Positions 30,136 through 42,261 of a stretch of DNA of 64,000 bases are shown here, piece after piece (within the stretch, counting starts at the first letter, position 1; each line of letters opens with the position of its first letter). Location: contig CP147778.1 of the NCBI GenBank assembly GCA_037305845.1, positions 1,536,001 through 1,600,000 of the forward strand. The letters are read 5' to 3'. The DNA comes from Candidatus Freyarchaeum deiterrae. GTDB taxonomy: Archaea > Asgardarchaeota > Jordiarchaeia > Jordiarchaeales > Jordiarchaeaceae. Both the position numbers and the translations under genes were made by a program. The notes below the pieces were generated by a model. It was given only the letters and a program-made list of their open reading frames with translations, was not told where the DNA came from and made no database searches.

Positions 30136-31146
30136 TTATAATGATTGTCTTAATGCAGCTTGGGCTATGGGGCGTCCTGCCTCGGCTATTGTTTCCATAG
30201 CGTCAAGTATTATTTGGAGGGTGACTACTCCTGGCATGTTGGTTTCTTTATCCATTTTGATTTCTGTTTCCCTTTTCTTTTCTTTTATTTTGGTTATTGT
30301 ATTTAGAGTGTCAACGGCATCTTGCACTTTGTGGAATAGGAAAGCTCCTGTTGCTTGTTGGATTAGTTGTAGTGTTTGTTTAAGTAACTCTATGGTTGCT
30401 TGATGGTGCTCGTTTTTTGGGGGGTGGGGTTGTTTGAGTACGGCTCGGCTCATGGTTTCTATGTTTTCGGCTATGTCGTTTATGGTTGTTACATAGGTTG
30501 TATAGTCTAATGTGTCCTGAGCCGTGAGTTCCATTTGTGTGAGGAGTGCAGGGTATTGGAGAGCTTTTCGAAGTTGTCGTACGATTCGCATGTGGTACTT
30601 GTATATGTTGTCGCGGCTCTGGATGATGGAGTCGGCGAGCGTTGTGTTGTTTTCTTGTAGAGCTTGGATGAGATTTTCTAGGAGTTCCAAGGTGGTTCTG
30701 CTGATTATGCGTATGAGTAAGGTGAGGTTTGTTTGCTGTATGCTCATAACATCCTGGAGGGTTATTTGGTTAGGGGTTTTGCTTATGATTTCGAAGCCCA
30801 AGAGGTTTTGTGTAATTTGGGTGATTTCTTGATATCTTTTTTGAGTGAAAGCTTGTTTTGAAGAGATATTAATTAAATCATGCCCACTGAGGTATCTGGT
30901 TTGTATTATCTGGTCTAAGAATTCTTTTGTAGGGTATTTCTGGCTATCAATAGTTGCGCTTAGTACACTTTGTTCGGCCACTACAGCGGGAGGGAGTAAG
31001 AGAAGTGAGCCATCAGAATTTTCCATGATGCTGATTTCCTGATCACTAGTGAGCTGGTTTCTTTTTGTCCACTCTCGTGGGAGGCTGATTATTAGAGTGT
31101 TACTAGACCCCCAACGAACCAGTTTACGGGTTTGCTTTTTTAACAA
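30136..31146 (-). CDS. AbrB-PhoU domain regulator
   Basis: RKLVRWGSSNTLIISLPREW AbrB N-terminus; YLSGHD, LLGFEII; PhoU-like helical repeats. Confidence 0.85.
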   Translation of the reverse strand: MLKKQTRKLVRWGSSNTLIISLPREWTKRNQLTSDQEISIMENSDGSLLLLPPAVVAEQSVLSATIDSQKYPTKEFLDQIIQTRYLSGHDLINISSKQAFTQKRYQEITQITQNLLGFEIISKTPNQITLQDVMSIQQTNLTLLIRIISRTTLELLENLIQALQENNTTLADSIIQSRDNIYKYHMRIVRQLRKALQYPALLTQMELTAQDTLDYTTYVTTINDIAENIETMSRAVLKQPHPPKNEHHQATIELLKQTLQLIQQATGAFLFHKVQDAVDTLNTITKIKEKKRETEIKMDKETNMPGVVTLQIILDAMETIAEAGRPIAQAALRQSL

Positions 31147-31594
31147 AATTATAACCTCAGGGGTGAAAAATTTGTTATTCAGATATCTTTTTGTTAGGTT
31201 TAGTTACATGCTTTTGTTACAATTTTATAAATCCTTTAGGTTTTCTGAAATTTTTAACGAAATAAATGAAAATATTTATGTTTCAGTAATAAAAAATAAT
31301 GCTTTTTATGTAAATAAAAGTATTGAAAATACACCGTAAAGGTGGATGTAAATAACTAGTTTGGAAATTGTATGGAGCGAAGGTTTCCATATAGGAGGAG
31401 GACTGAGAGGAAAAAAAAGGTAACCTTCGCTCCAATTGAACATTTATAAAGAAACTTTTTGAATTTTTTGGAGAGTGCAACAGTTTTTTAATTATACAAT
31501 TATAACCTCGAAAAGGTTTCTAGTTATATTATGTGTGATGCGTAGAGGTGTTACTTGAAATTAGCCTTTTTTTGGGTTGCTGAGCTCTTTAGGT

Positions 31595-31816
31595 TTACTT
31601 TGAGGTTAGATAAAAAATAAAAATTTTTAAATCTGTTTTCCGGGAAACCGTTTTTTCTTCTTTTAATTTTAGGTTTAAAGCATCAATAAACATGTCAAGG
31701 TTTTCTGTATTTGGAATTAGATAATTTATTTCGCTTTTTAGCCAAGCGAGTTCTGACAAGTGGGGGGCGGCTTTGTTATAAGATTCCCAAACTTTGCCGA
31801 TGGACTTTTCATCCAA
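31595..31816 (-). CDS. Small hypothetical protein
   Basis: 73-aa ORF with GAGGT RBS and TTG start. Confidence 0.5.
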   Translation of the reverse strand: MDEKSIGKVWESYNKAAPHLSELAWLKSEINYLIPNTENLDMFIDALNLKLKEEKTVSRKTDLKIFIFYLTSK

Positions 31817-32053
31817 TTTATTACCTCTCTTTTTATTATTCTTTTGGCAAGCGAAAGGGCTTTATTAAATGTGTTTGAACAGATTTAAAAGAGAGTAAGC
31901 AGGAATTTTAGAAACTCCTCATTTTAATAGAAGAATTATTTCTCTTCTGCCTCAATTATTGAGTAAGCTATAATAAAAATTATGGTAAGTAGCCCCAGTA
32001 ATATTAATAGGTTTTGTATAAAGTAGATATCAATGGTCATGGTATACACCAAT

Positions 32054-32482
32054 TCATTTTTTTTCTTTCTTTATTTTATTTTCTTTAGAGCTTCTTATGT
32101 CTAGAGTCTTCAATTTCTGCATAAGTTTTTCGTAACTATCATCCGTTTGAGTGTAACTGGTATATAGGTCTAGTGCTTCGGCAAGTCTTTTAGCTAAAAT
32201 ATGATAGCAGGCTTTAATTTTTTTCCGTACAACTACGTTCAGGTAGAAATCATCACATGTACAATAAAAATCAGAAATTATTAGGTAATCCCTATTTTTA
32301 CCAGAAACTATCCAAATCTGTTTATTGCTAGGTTTAAAAATGTGTTTTGTCACTTTTTTTTCTGTGATTGTTTTTAGAGCTTTCCACAGACGTTCCCCGA
32401 AATTAGTCGCTAGCGTTTCTAGATTTTCCCCACTAATGCACTTGTTGGCGTAGATCTGTTCAATTATTTCCATAATTAGCAC
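32054..32482 (-). CDS. SWIM zinc-finger protein
   Basis: YCTCDDF...CYHILA. Confidence 0.85.
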   Translation of the reverse strand: MLIMEIIEQIYANKCISGENLETLATNFGERLWKALKTITEKKVTKHIFKPSNKQIWIVSGKNRDYLIISDFYCTCDDFYLNVVVRKKIKACYHILAKRLAEALDLYTSYTQTDDSYEKLMQKLKTLDIRSSKENKIKKEKK

Positions 32483-32727
32483 CTAGCAAATTCTATCCCT
32501 AACAAATAGTTAACACACTTTATAAAGGGAACATATTGCCCTTGTTAGCTCAGCTTTATTGCTAAAGTCTGCCTCCGCGATAATTTTTATAGATTTGTTG
32601 AGACTGCGATTAACTATTGTTTAGAAAGGTTTTTCACCAAGGGTATTTTATGTATAGTCGTGAATTGTATTTAGAATCTTCTCCAATAATGTGAATGGTT
32701 CTATTGCATTGAAAGAGGCGTTCTAGA

Positions 32728-33579
32728 TTGGTTCAGCCGGTTTTTCCCATTGTTGATGAACCTGCACTTCTTGTTAATTTTTCGGATAAAAAAATTTTAT
32801 GTATTTCGGACTTGCACTTGGGTTACGAATTTCTTTTGGCACAAAAAGGAGTTGTAATTCCCTCACAAGCAGAAGAAATGAAGTATAGGATTTTAAATCT
32901 AATAGAACGAACAAATGCGGATAACCTAATTATCATTGGAGATGTCAAACATAATATTTTCAGAGTTTCTCAAACGGAATGGCGGGGGGTTACAAGACTT
33001 CTAGAAGATATTTCAAAAAAAGTCGATGTTCAAATAACCTTAGGAAATCATGACACTAATCTTGATTTACTATTACCAAAAAATACCTTGGTTCATTCTT
33101 CAAAGGGATTCCTAATCGAGAATGATGATATTAAAATAGGATTTATTCACGGACATGCTTGGCCTAAACCTGATTTACTTCAAGCAGACTACATTATTAT
33201 TGGACATAATCATCCCGTAATTGAAATGAGGGATGAAATGGGGGGAAAGTGGTTTGAACGTGCATGGATAGAACTGAGGGGGAATAGAGAAAAATTCGCA
33301 TCTTCATTCGCTAATCACCTTGGCTCACGAGAGACTTCGAACACTGTAGAAGATTTGAAAAAGACATCTATTCAAATGGAATACACAAAAATCATTATAG
33401 TCCCAGCATTTAATTCCCTTTTAGGGGGGGTAGCACTTAACAGGCCAGACACAAAATTTCTTGGACCCATATTGTCGTCAAACATAGTAGAAAAAAACAC
33501 AGCCAAAGTTAAATTGTTAGATGGAACATATCTGGGAAGCTTAGAAAATTGTAGTAGTCTAGTTAGACAGAAGGAATAA
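32728..33579 (+). CDS. Metallophosphoesterase (Lhr-associated)
   Basis: SDLHLG, GDVKH, GNHD, HGH, GHNHP, VPAFN. Confidence 0.9.
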   Translation: MVQPVFPIVDEPALLVNFSDKKILCISDLHLGYEFLLAQKGVVIPSQAEEMKYRILNLIERTNADNLIIIGDVKHNIFRVSQTEWRGVTRLLEDISKKVDVQITLGNHDTNLDLLLPKNTLVHSSKGFLIENDDIKIGFIHGHAWPKPDLLQADYIIIGHNHPVIEMRDEMGGKWFERAWIELRGNREKFASSFANHLGSRETSNTVEDLKKTSIQMEYTKIIIVPAFNSLLGGVALNRPDTKFLGPILSSNIVEKNTAKVKLLDGTYLGSLENCSSLVRQKE

Positions 33580-33706
33580 GTGTTTTAATCAGCAAAAATA
33601 CATCCGAAATTCTTGATTATAAATACACATAATCTGAATTATTTTAATGTCAAAAAGTATTAATCTCACCGCGCGATTGTTTCGTTGACTTTTAGAGGTA
33701 TGATTT

Positions 33707-36577
33707 TTGGCGAACGCGTTTGATTTACTTTCTAGTGAAGTTAAGAATGTAATTCAGAAAAAGGGTTATTTAGAGGCGACTCCACCTCAGGTTCTAGCAA
33801 TCCCTCGAATTCTTAATGGGGAAAATGTTTTATTAGTCGCTCCCACAGGAAGCGGCAAAACAGAAGCGGTATTTTTCCCTATCTTCCATAAACTATTAGA
33901 ATTGCAGTCCAAAGAGAAAGGTATTTTTGTGTTGTACATCACACCTCTGCGAGCCTTGAACCGTGACATTTTGAAACGAATGGAGGAAATTGCTCAAGAA
34001 CTCGGTATTAAAATGTCCGTTAGACATGGAGATACAACCAGTTATGAGCGTATGAAGCAACTCCATGAACCACCATCTTTGCTAATAACAACACCTGAAA
34101 CTCTTCAAGCCATATTGCCCGCAAGAAAGATGGGTAAACATCTAAAGTGCTTACGTTTTGTGGTTGTAGATGAGATTCATGAACTTGTAACAGACGAGAG
34201 AGGTGCTCAACTCTCATTGGCAATTGAAAGGCTTCGTGAAATCACAAATCAGAATTTCCAGAGAATAGGACTTTCTGCCACAATAGGTAGCATACAAGAA
34301 GTGGCAAAATTTTTAGGAGGTACTGAAGAAGAGGTCAATATTATTTCGGCAAATGAGATGAGAGGTTTCCAAGTAAACGTTGAAACAGTTCCTCCAACTC
34401 CTGAAGATGTCGCTTTGTCTAAAAAACTTAGAACATCAGAAGAGGTTGTAGCTAAATTAAGGCGAATTAAAGAATTAATAGAGGAACACGGCTCGGTTCT
34501 AATTTTCGTCAATACTCGTGAAATGTCAGAGATTCTTGGTTCCAGACTTAGTCTTCTTAATCCAAGTTTCAACTTTGATATACATCATGGCTCACTTTCC
34601 AGAGAGATGAGAGTACAAGCAGAGGAAGATTTTAAAAAAGAAGAGATTAAAGCCGTTATTTGTACCTCTTCTCTCGAGTTAGGTATAGATGTGGGAACGA
34701 TCGACTACGTTATACAATATTTATCGCCCAGACAGGTAACACGTTTAGTTCAGAGAGTTGGTAGAAGTGGGCATAGAATAGGCCTAACCGCACGAGGAAC
34801 AATACTTTCAACGGGCTTAGACGATACCTGCGAATCAGGGGTTATCGCAAAAGATGCTATTAACAACAATTTGGAAAGCGTAATTACGCACAGTATGGCG
34901 CTTGATGTGTTGGCTCACCAAATTGCGGGAGTACTTCTAGATAAGGGTGATACAACCATACAGGAACTTCAAAATATTTTCAGGAGATCTTGGCTCTATA
35001 GAGACATTGATTATGAAACAATTTATGACGTTGCAAATTTGATGAAAGAACTATGGCTCATTAGACTGGAGGGGGATAATCTAAGTAGAAGAGTAAGAAC
35101 ATGGAAGTACTACTATGAAAATCTCTCCATGATTCCTGATGTTAAACATTATAAAATATTTGATATAATATCAGGGAAAAATATTGGAACATTGGACGAA
35201 GAGTTCGTTTCTACAAAAGCAGAAAAAGGACTAAAATTCATTATTCATGGGCAACCATGGAAAATAGTGAGCATCGAGGAGGATAGAATAAATGTGGAGA
35301 GAGTTAACAGCATACTGGGTGCGGTGCCTTCTTGGGTAGGCGAACTTATACCTGTTCCCTTCGCGGTTGCCCAGAAGGTGGGGAAGCTTAGAGAGAGTAT
35401 GGTTAACTGGTTTAATCAGAATGATTCTGATCCCTTTGAGGGCTATCCAATAAGTGAAGAAGCTAAAAAGATGGTGGTAGAAAAAATTAAGGAACAATTG
35501 GAAATTGTAGAGGAGGTACCAACACATGATAGAATCCTAATAGAAAGCGCGGGAGAATTCGTCGTTATACATGCTTGTTTTGGGAGTAATGTTAATGAAA
35601 CTTTAGGTAGAGTAATCTCAGATCTTATAACAACACGTATAGGGGCTTCCATTGGTATGAGAAGTACTCCATACTACATACTTTTTCAAGTACCCAAGAA
35701 TATAGATCCAGAAATAGTTACTAGTGTGTTAGGAGAACTGGATCCAGAACTCATTTATCATATATTGAAAATAACTCTTAAAAGATCAAACTTGTACCAG
35801 TATCGACTTACATACGTTGCAAAAAGGTTTGGAGCCGTTGAGAAGAACAGAGAAGGCTATCAGATTAGTCCCCGAAAACTTGCAAAAATATTTAGCGATA
35901 CACCTATAGAAGATGAAACCATAAGGGAACTACTTACGGAAAAACTCGATGTTAAGGAGACAGAAAATGTTCTAAAGTCGATAAAAGATGGAAGAATTCA
36001 AGTCAACTTCATCAAAAGTGAAAAACCCAGCCCACTCACCGAAATGGCTATACAATGGGAAGCCAGAGAAATCGTTTCCCCCGAAATCCCCATCTCTGAG
36101 CTACTAAAGACAGTAAAGGAACGTTTGCTGAACAAAAGAGTCAAGCTTGTGTGCGTGTGGGCGCCTTGTGAGGGGTGGGAAACTGTTAGAACTGTGGAAA
36201 CACTGCCTGAACAACCACAGTGCCCGAAATGCAAATCACGCTTATTAGCGGTAGTGTCTCCAGAAGACGCGGAATTTGTTAGAATACTAAAAATTAGAAA
36301 ACGCGGAGAGAAACTTTCAAAGGAAGAAGAAAAAATATTAGAGAGAGGCATTAAAACCGCTAATTTAGTAATCAATTACGGAAAACGAGCCATAATTTGC
36401 CTAGCGGGGAGAGGAGTAGGCCCAACGACAGCTAACCGCATTTTTTCTAAGGAGCTAAAAACGGAAAACGATTTGTACCGGGCAATTCTTGATGCGGAAA
36501 AAGAATTTGTAAGAACGAGAGAGTTTTGGGACAAAAAGCCTAATAATCTAAACAAGATCATCGGGAGAAGTAAATGA
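33707..36577 (+). CDS. lhr: Lhr-family SF2 helicase
   Basis: APTGSGKT, TTPETL, DEIH, LSAT, HHGSLS, SSLELGIDVG, QRVGRSGH. Confidence 0.95.
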   Translation: MANAFDLLSSEVKNVIQKKGYLEATPPQVLAIPRILNGENVLLVAPTGSGKTEAVFFPIFHKLLELQSKEKGIFVLYITPLRALNRDILKRMEEIAQELGIKMSVRHGDTTSYERMKQLHEPPSLLITTPETLQAILPARKMGKHLKCLRFVVVDEIHELVTDERGAQLSLAIERLREITNQNFQRIGLSATIGSIQEVAKFLGGTEEEVNIISANEMRGFQVNVETVPPTPEDVALSKKLRTSEEVVAKLRRIKELIEEHGSVLIFVNTREMSEILGSRLSLLNPSFNFDIHHGSLSREMRVQAEEDFKKEEIKAVICTSSLELGIDVGTIDYVIQYLSPRQVTRLVQRVGRSGHRIGLTARGTILSTGLDDTCESGVIAKDAINNNLESVITHSMALDVLAHQIAGVLLDKGDTTIQELQNIFRRSWLYRDIDYETIYDVANLMKELWLIRLEGDNLSRRVRTWKYYYENLSMIPDVKHYKIFDIISGKNIGTLDEEFVSTKAEKGLKFIIHGQPWKIVSIEEDRINVERVNSILGAVPSWVGELIPVPFAVAQKVGKLRESMVNWFNQNDSDPFEGYPISEEAKKMVVEKIKEQLEIVEEVPTHDRILIESAGEFVVIHACFGSNVNETLGRVISDLITTRIGASIGMRSTPYYILFQVPKNIDPEIVTSVLGELDPELIYHILKITLKRSNLYQYRLTYVAKRFGAVEKNREGYQISPRKLAKIFSDTPIEDETIRELLTEKLDVKETENVLKSIKDGRIQVNFIKSEKPSPLTEMAIQWEAREIVSPEIPISELLKTVKERLLNKRVKLVCVWAPCEGWETVRTVETLPEQPQCPKCKSRLLAVVSPEDAEFVRILKIRKRGEKLSKEEEKILERGIKTANLVINYGKRAIICLAGRGVGPTTANRIFSKELKTENDLYRAILDAEKEFVRTREFWDKKPNNLNKIIGRSK

Positions 36578-36617
36578 ACTAAGTTTCTGGAAACGGATAG
36601 TAGAGGATTAGAGAGAA

Positions 36618-37604
<987 letters not shown>

Positions 37605-37661
37605 TTAACTATTGGAAATTCGAAGAGGCAGTGAAATTAGTATTTAAAGGAATTCGACTTT

Positions 37662-38666
37662 TTATACGGAATTATTGGAATTTCTGTAGAAAAGAATGTT
37701 TTCGTTCTCTATAGTTGTAGATATTTTTCCTTCACTTTTTAGGTATTCCAGGTGCGCTAACGTTTCGAAGGTGGCTAGTCTTCGATCCAAATTCTGAAGC
37801 TTATTCCAAGAGCCTGCGTGCCAAGTGATTTCTTGCGCGATTTGATAACCGGTTTTAGGAGTTTTTATAACACTCGAAATTTCTTCAAGCCTCTTTTCAT
37901 GATGTTCTTTTATCTCTAAGAGTCTTTTTTTAAAATTTTTAAATGTATACTCATGAGCTGGAAGTGCACTTTTCACTTTGAGGTTACTGACTTTTTTGAG
38001 AGATTCCAAGTAATCCTTTAATGGATTTCCTGAATCTTTCGTTTGAAGACTAATGTTAGGAGTTATAACGGGTAATACATGATCACCAGAAAAAATAAAT
38101 TTTTTAGAAGGCTCGTAGAGACAAATATGGTCCGGTGTGTGCCCCGGAGTAAAAATAACCTCGAAGTTAAAATTACCCAAATCTAAATTTTCACCATCAG
38201 TAAGAAGATTATCAGGTTCAGGTGGTTCGAAAAATCTTATTGTGGACACACTTTGTTTTATCAGGCCTTCTAGTTCACTGTCAGGGGTTCCGTTTATTTT
38301 TAACCATTCTATGATTTTACTAAAATAGGCAGAAGTATTTTTTGATTGCTTTACGAGTTCATTCGTTTTAGTGTACACTAAAATTTTTGCCTTAGATATC
38401 TTTCGTATTTTATCAGCCAAACCAAAATGGTCTGGATGAAGATGAGTTACCAAAATTAAAGATATGTCAGCCAAGTTCACGTTAATTTCGGAAAGTTGTT
38501 TTTCAAGAACACCAAAGGTTTCCGTTGAATTCCAACCAGGATCTATTAGCAAATATTCGTTTTTACCTGTTACGAGGTATGATAACGAATAAGACAAATC
38601 AAAAGAGGGGAGTGGTAGTTTAATTTGATAGATTCCTTCGAATATCATTTTCGATTTCTCTGACAA
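37662..38666 (-). CDS. MBL-fold metallo-hydrolase
   Basis: THLHPDH, TPGHT, GDH, PAH. Confidence 0.9.
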   Translation of the reverse strand: MSEKSKMIFEGIYQIKLPLPSFDLSYSLSYLVTGKNEYLLIDPGWNSTETFGVLEKQLSEINVNLADISLILVTHLHPDHFGLADKIRKISKAKILVYTKTNELVKQSKNTSAYFSKIIEWLKINGTPDSELEGLIKQSVSTIRFFEPPEPDNLLTDGENLDLGNFNFEVIFTPGHTPDHICLYEPSKKFIFSGDHVLPVITPNISLQTKDSGNPLKDYLESLKKVSNLKVKSALPAHEYTFKNFKKRLLEIKEHHEKRLEEISSVIKTPKTGYQIAQEITWHAGSWNKLQNLDRRLATFETLAHLEYLKSEGKISTTIENENILFYRNSNNSV

Positions 38667-38908
38667 TTGTTCTGATTTTATTTCAATTTTCTTAAGATAA
38701 GATTTAAATTATTTAAATTTTTTGAAAAAAGTTCTATAAGCAGGTTAAAAGCTAATTGGGTTGGCTATCTTTTTTTTATTTTCTTTTAGATTCTAATCAC
38801 ATTTTAAGCAATATTAAATTATTAACCTTAAAATATGGAATTCCGTATAATGTATTTCTATCTATAATAAAACATTTTAATTTCGTTTACTTTGAGTTAT
38901 AGTTAGAA

Positions 38909-39262
38909 GTGATTTACTTGAGTGATGAAAATATTAAGAAAATGGCAGACCTACTGCGGCGAGGCGCTTCCCTCCTCTCTCAGAGTTGTCCTCAGTGTGG
39001 GTCGCCTCTCTTCAAAATTAAGGACGAGATATATTGCCCTACTTGTGGAAAAAGGGTGATAATTGTTAAGGAGGGCGAGCCGATTCCCTCGAATGTTGAG
39101 GGGAGTACTTTATCTGATGTATCAAGTGTTCTGCATAATAAACTGCGAGAAACTGTAGAATCTATAAAAAACGAAACTGATCCTAGTAGACTACAAGAAT
39201 TGCTTAGAATTATTACTGGGATATTAGACGCTCTGGAGCGTCTTAGACGGATTTCTCAGTAG
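38909..39262 (+). CDS. UPF0148 / SSSCA1-like zinc-ribbon protein
   Basis: KMADLLRRGASLL..CPQCGSPLF...CPTC. Confidence 0.85.
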   Translation: MIYLSDENIKKMADLLRRGASLLSQSCPQCGSPLFKIKDEIYCPTCGKRVIIVKEGEPIPSNVEGSTLSDVSSVLHNKLRETVESIKNETDPSRLQELLRIITGILDALERLRRISQ

Positions 39263-41537
39263 ATGGGTTATTATCAAGGTATTTGGAAGTTATAACCTTC
39301 CTTATTTTTTCCGCTTTCTTTTTACCAAGCCCCTTAACCTCGGAGAGCCCTTCTTCACTCGTTGTGAAAATCGCCTCTAGCGTGTTAAAAGTATCAAGCA
39401 GCCTTTTTGATAATATTTGATCCACTCCTGGAAGCCCTGTTAGGACTCGTTCTTGTACATCTTTCAAGCTTCCAGGGGTCTTCTCAGCAACGTAAATTCT
39501 TGTTTCTCTTTCTGTTTGTTCTCTTCGAGCTACTGTATGTATCATTCTTGCGGTTTCCTGGGAGTTTGATGTCCATATTATTGGTAACCTAAAATCATTG
39601 GCCACACTTATTAGTGCACCTCTGATGGCTTCTGGATGTATTGCGCGTCTTCCATACAAATCCTGCCCCTCTATAATAAGTAGGGGTTTTTCGTACTTCG
39701 ACGTGATTTCTTTAACTTGTGGGAATAGTCTTTTATCGACTATTGATTGTAAGAAGTCTTCGGCTGTTTTCCGTTCTATGGCAACGCTTTCTGAGACGAG
39801 ATAATCCGCAACCTGTAACTGCATCGGAACAATTTTGACGTTTAATCTTGTGAGTTCCCGTACAACATCAGAACCGATTTCTCGATTATCTACATAAACA
39901 ACTATTTTTTCTTCTTCCTTTTCTTCTTCTTTTCCTTCTTGTAGATAGTTTTCTAATTTGATCTGCTGTTTATCTGCTTCTTTTGCAGGTTCCAATTGTT
40001 TTTTAGCCATACTTTTTATGGTACTTCTCATTTCTTGTTCCTTTTTCTTTGCCGACCAGTAATAAGCTTCATCTCTTGTTCCCTTTGTAATAAGTAATGC
40101 TACACGCCCAGGTCTTTTTCTACCTGTTCTTCCTCTTCTCTGTATGTACCTTATGGCACTTGGTACTGTTTCATAAAATACGACCAAGTCGCATTCGCTA
40201 ATGTCCAAGCCTTCTTCAGCAACACTGGTAGCGACTAAGACATTATAAACACCTTGTTTGAATTTGTCAATAATTTCTGCCTGTTGTTTTTGGGATAGTC
40301 CTTTGTCTCCGATTTTGTTTGATTGACCTACGAATCTTTCTACGCGGTATTCTTCTCCTTGTAAAATTTCACTTATTTTACTTGCAGAGTCTCTATACTG
40401 GGTAAAAATTATTATTCTTGAGTTTGCTTTTTCAGAGAGTTGTTCCTTAACTATTTGAAGCATTTTTTCGATTTTGGGGTGTTTTACTTGGCTTTCAATC
40501 AGATTCTTTATTTTAACTCGTGCGATGACGACATCGTCGTCCATAAGTAAATTCTTAATCCCTTTGGGAGAACCAGTTATTTTTGTTCTCTCCTCCAACT
40601 TGTAAAAAAAGTTTTGGAGGGCTTCCAAACCCTGCGTTTCCAAAAGTTCAAGTGCATGAGATAGTCTTATGGCGGCTGCAACTTTAGCCATTAATTCGAA
40701 TGCTTCTGGCGGGTTCTCCCTACCTTTTGCTAATTGATTTTGAATTTGTATTAATTGCTTTCTAGAAATTGTTTTAGTGTTATAAGATTCAATGAGCCCT
40801 TTTTCTTTTATGGTTTTTAAGCGGTTTGCAAGAGCGGTTTCTAAAATTTTTTTAATTTCCAAAATGCTTGGAGGAAGACTAACTAATATCCAATCCATTT
40901 TAATTTCCATTACATAGGGAAGTACATCAGGGCTTTTCTCTGTTCTGATTTCAATGTTACTTACACCAAGATTTTTACAAACCTCTTCTATCTTTTCTCT
41001 CTCGACCCCGGGTGATGCAGTCAACCCCAGAATCAAAGGTTTGTTGGCTTGTTTTAAATATTGTTCTGCGACAAAAACATATGAATAGTTTCCAACCGCT
41101 CTATGCGCTTCGTCTAATATTAGAAGAGCACATTTTTTGAGATCAACTCTACCAGTAATTATATCATTTTCCACAATTTGTGGTGTAGCCAAAACGACTT
41201 TTGCGTTCCTCCATTTTTCTATCCTTCCTTCGGGGGGAACTTCACCAGTAAAAACCACGATCTCTTTTTCATCCACGTTTAAAATGGATTTAAAAGTTTC
41301 AGCATGTTGAAGCGCTAGAGGTCGAGATGGCGCCAAAAAAATTACAAATGTATCATTAAACATCTGAAGACGGAAAGCAGTAATCATACCCGCAATTAAT
41401 GTCTTGCCTAGGCCTGTGGGGAGTATAACAAGAGAATTTTTGTCAACACAACTCGCTGTAATAGTTTCTTGGTAGAGCCTCTGTTCGATGGCATTCTCTC
41501 TAAGATATGGATGATTGATGTATTTTTTTTCCTCCAT
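39243..41537 (-). CDS. hef: Hef (FANCM/XPF-like) helicase-nuclease
   Basis: PTGLGKT, DEAH, TASPG, QRRGRTGR; ERCC4 nuclease VDNRE...ERKT; HhH. Confidence 0.95.
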   Translation of the reverse strand: MEEKKYINHPYLRENAIEQRLYQETITASCVDKNSLVILPTGLGKTLIAGMITAFRLQMFNDTFVIFLAPSRPLALQHAETFKSILNVDEKEIVVFTGEVPPEGRIEKWRNAKVVLATPQIVENDIITGRVDLKKCALLILDEAHRAVGNYSYVFVAEQYLKQANKPLILGLTASPGVEREKIEEVCKNLGVSNIEIRTEKSPDVLPYVMEIKMDWILVSLPPSILEIKKILETALANRLKTIKEKGLIESYNTKTISRKQLIQIQNQLAKGRENPPEAFELMAKVAAAIRLSHALELLETQGLEALQNFFYKLEERTKITGSPKGIKNLLMDDDVVIARVKIKNLIESQVKHPKIEKMLQIVKEQLSEKANSRIIIFTQYRDSASKISEILQGEEYRVERFVGQSNKIGDKGLSQKQQAEIIDKFKQGVYNVLVATSVAEEGLDISECDLVVFYETVPSAIRYIQRRGRTGRKRPGRVALLITKGTRDEAYYWSAKKKEQEMRSTIKSMAKKQLEPAKEADKQQIKLENYLQEGKEEEKEEEKIVVYVDNREIGSDVVRELTRLNVKIVPMQLQVADYLVSESVAIERKTAEDFLQSIVDKRLFPQVKEITSKYEKPLLIIEGQDLYGRRAIHPEAIRGALISVANDFRLPIIWTSNSQETARMIHTVARREQTERETRIYVAEKTPGSLKDVQERVLTGLPGVDQILSKRLLDTFNTLEAIFTTSEEGLSEVKGLGKKKAEKIRKVITSKYLDNNPSTEKSV

Positions 41538-41891
41538 TTATATCAACATTCCAATGAGGCTTATAAAACAGAGTTACTCGGTGTAACTTGTAATTTTCGT
41601 AGTTTTAACTACTTCTGACTTTTTAAACCTCTCTAGTTTAAGGATTGAATTTCTTTTTGCTTGTTATTTAGGTATAAAGAAAATCGAATTATTCTATAAT
41701 TTTAGTGGAGCTGAGGTTAAAAATAGGAAGCGTTTTTAAACTAGAGGATTCTCCTAATGTAGCTCAACACTTATATTACAGGGGATATTTCTATCTATTA
41801 TCTGAGTATTACTACATAATATTACTTTCTTCAGAAGAGGGAAAAATAGTTAAAGCATGCAAACTTATTATTTAAATTACTTATCTTTAGA

Positions 41892-42248
41892 ATGATGGAG
41901 GTAGTACGAGTGGTTCAAGATGAGCTAACCCCAGGTGCGGAATCAGAACTATATGAGCTAATAATACCCGGTCAACTGGTTGGAAAAGTAGTTGTAGACT
42001 CTGCGGCCCGTATGGTGGGAATTATTAGAAGTATACGTGTCAGCCTTCCTCCGCTTCGAGTCGAATTAGTGATTAAAGGATTAGAAGTTGAATTCCCAAT
42101 CGACGTGTCCAACGTTACCGCCGTGGGCTCTGTAGTGCAGCTAAAGAATGTAGCAAAGGAGGCAGAAACCGTTGAGCTTAGAGATGTGCAGCGGCTGCGT
42201 AAAGAGCTTGTAGAAGAGATACGTTCGATTGTGGGAAAGGCACCATGA
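41892..42248 (+). CDS. PRC-barrel-like protein
   Basis: LVGKVVVDSAARMVG...VTAVGSVVQL. Confidence 0.65.
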   Translation: MMEVVRVVQDELTPGAESELYELIIPGQLVGKVVVDSAARMVGIIRSIRVSLPPLRVELVIKGLEVEFPIDVSNVTAVGSVVQLKNVAKEAETVELRDVQRLRKELVEEIRSIVGKAP

Positions 42249-42261
42249 TTATGTTTATTTT

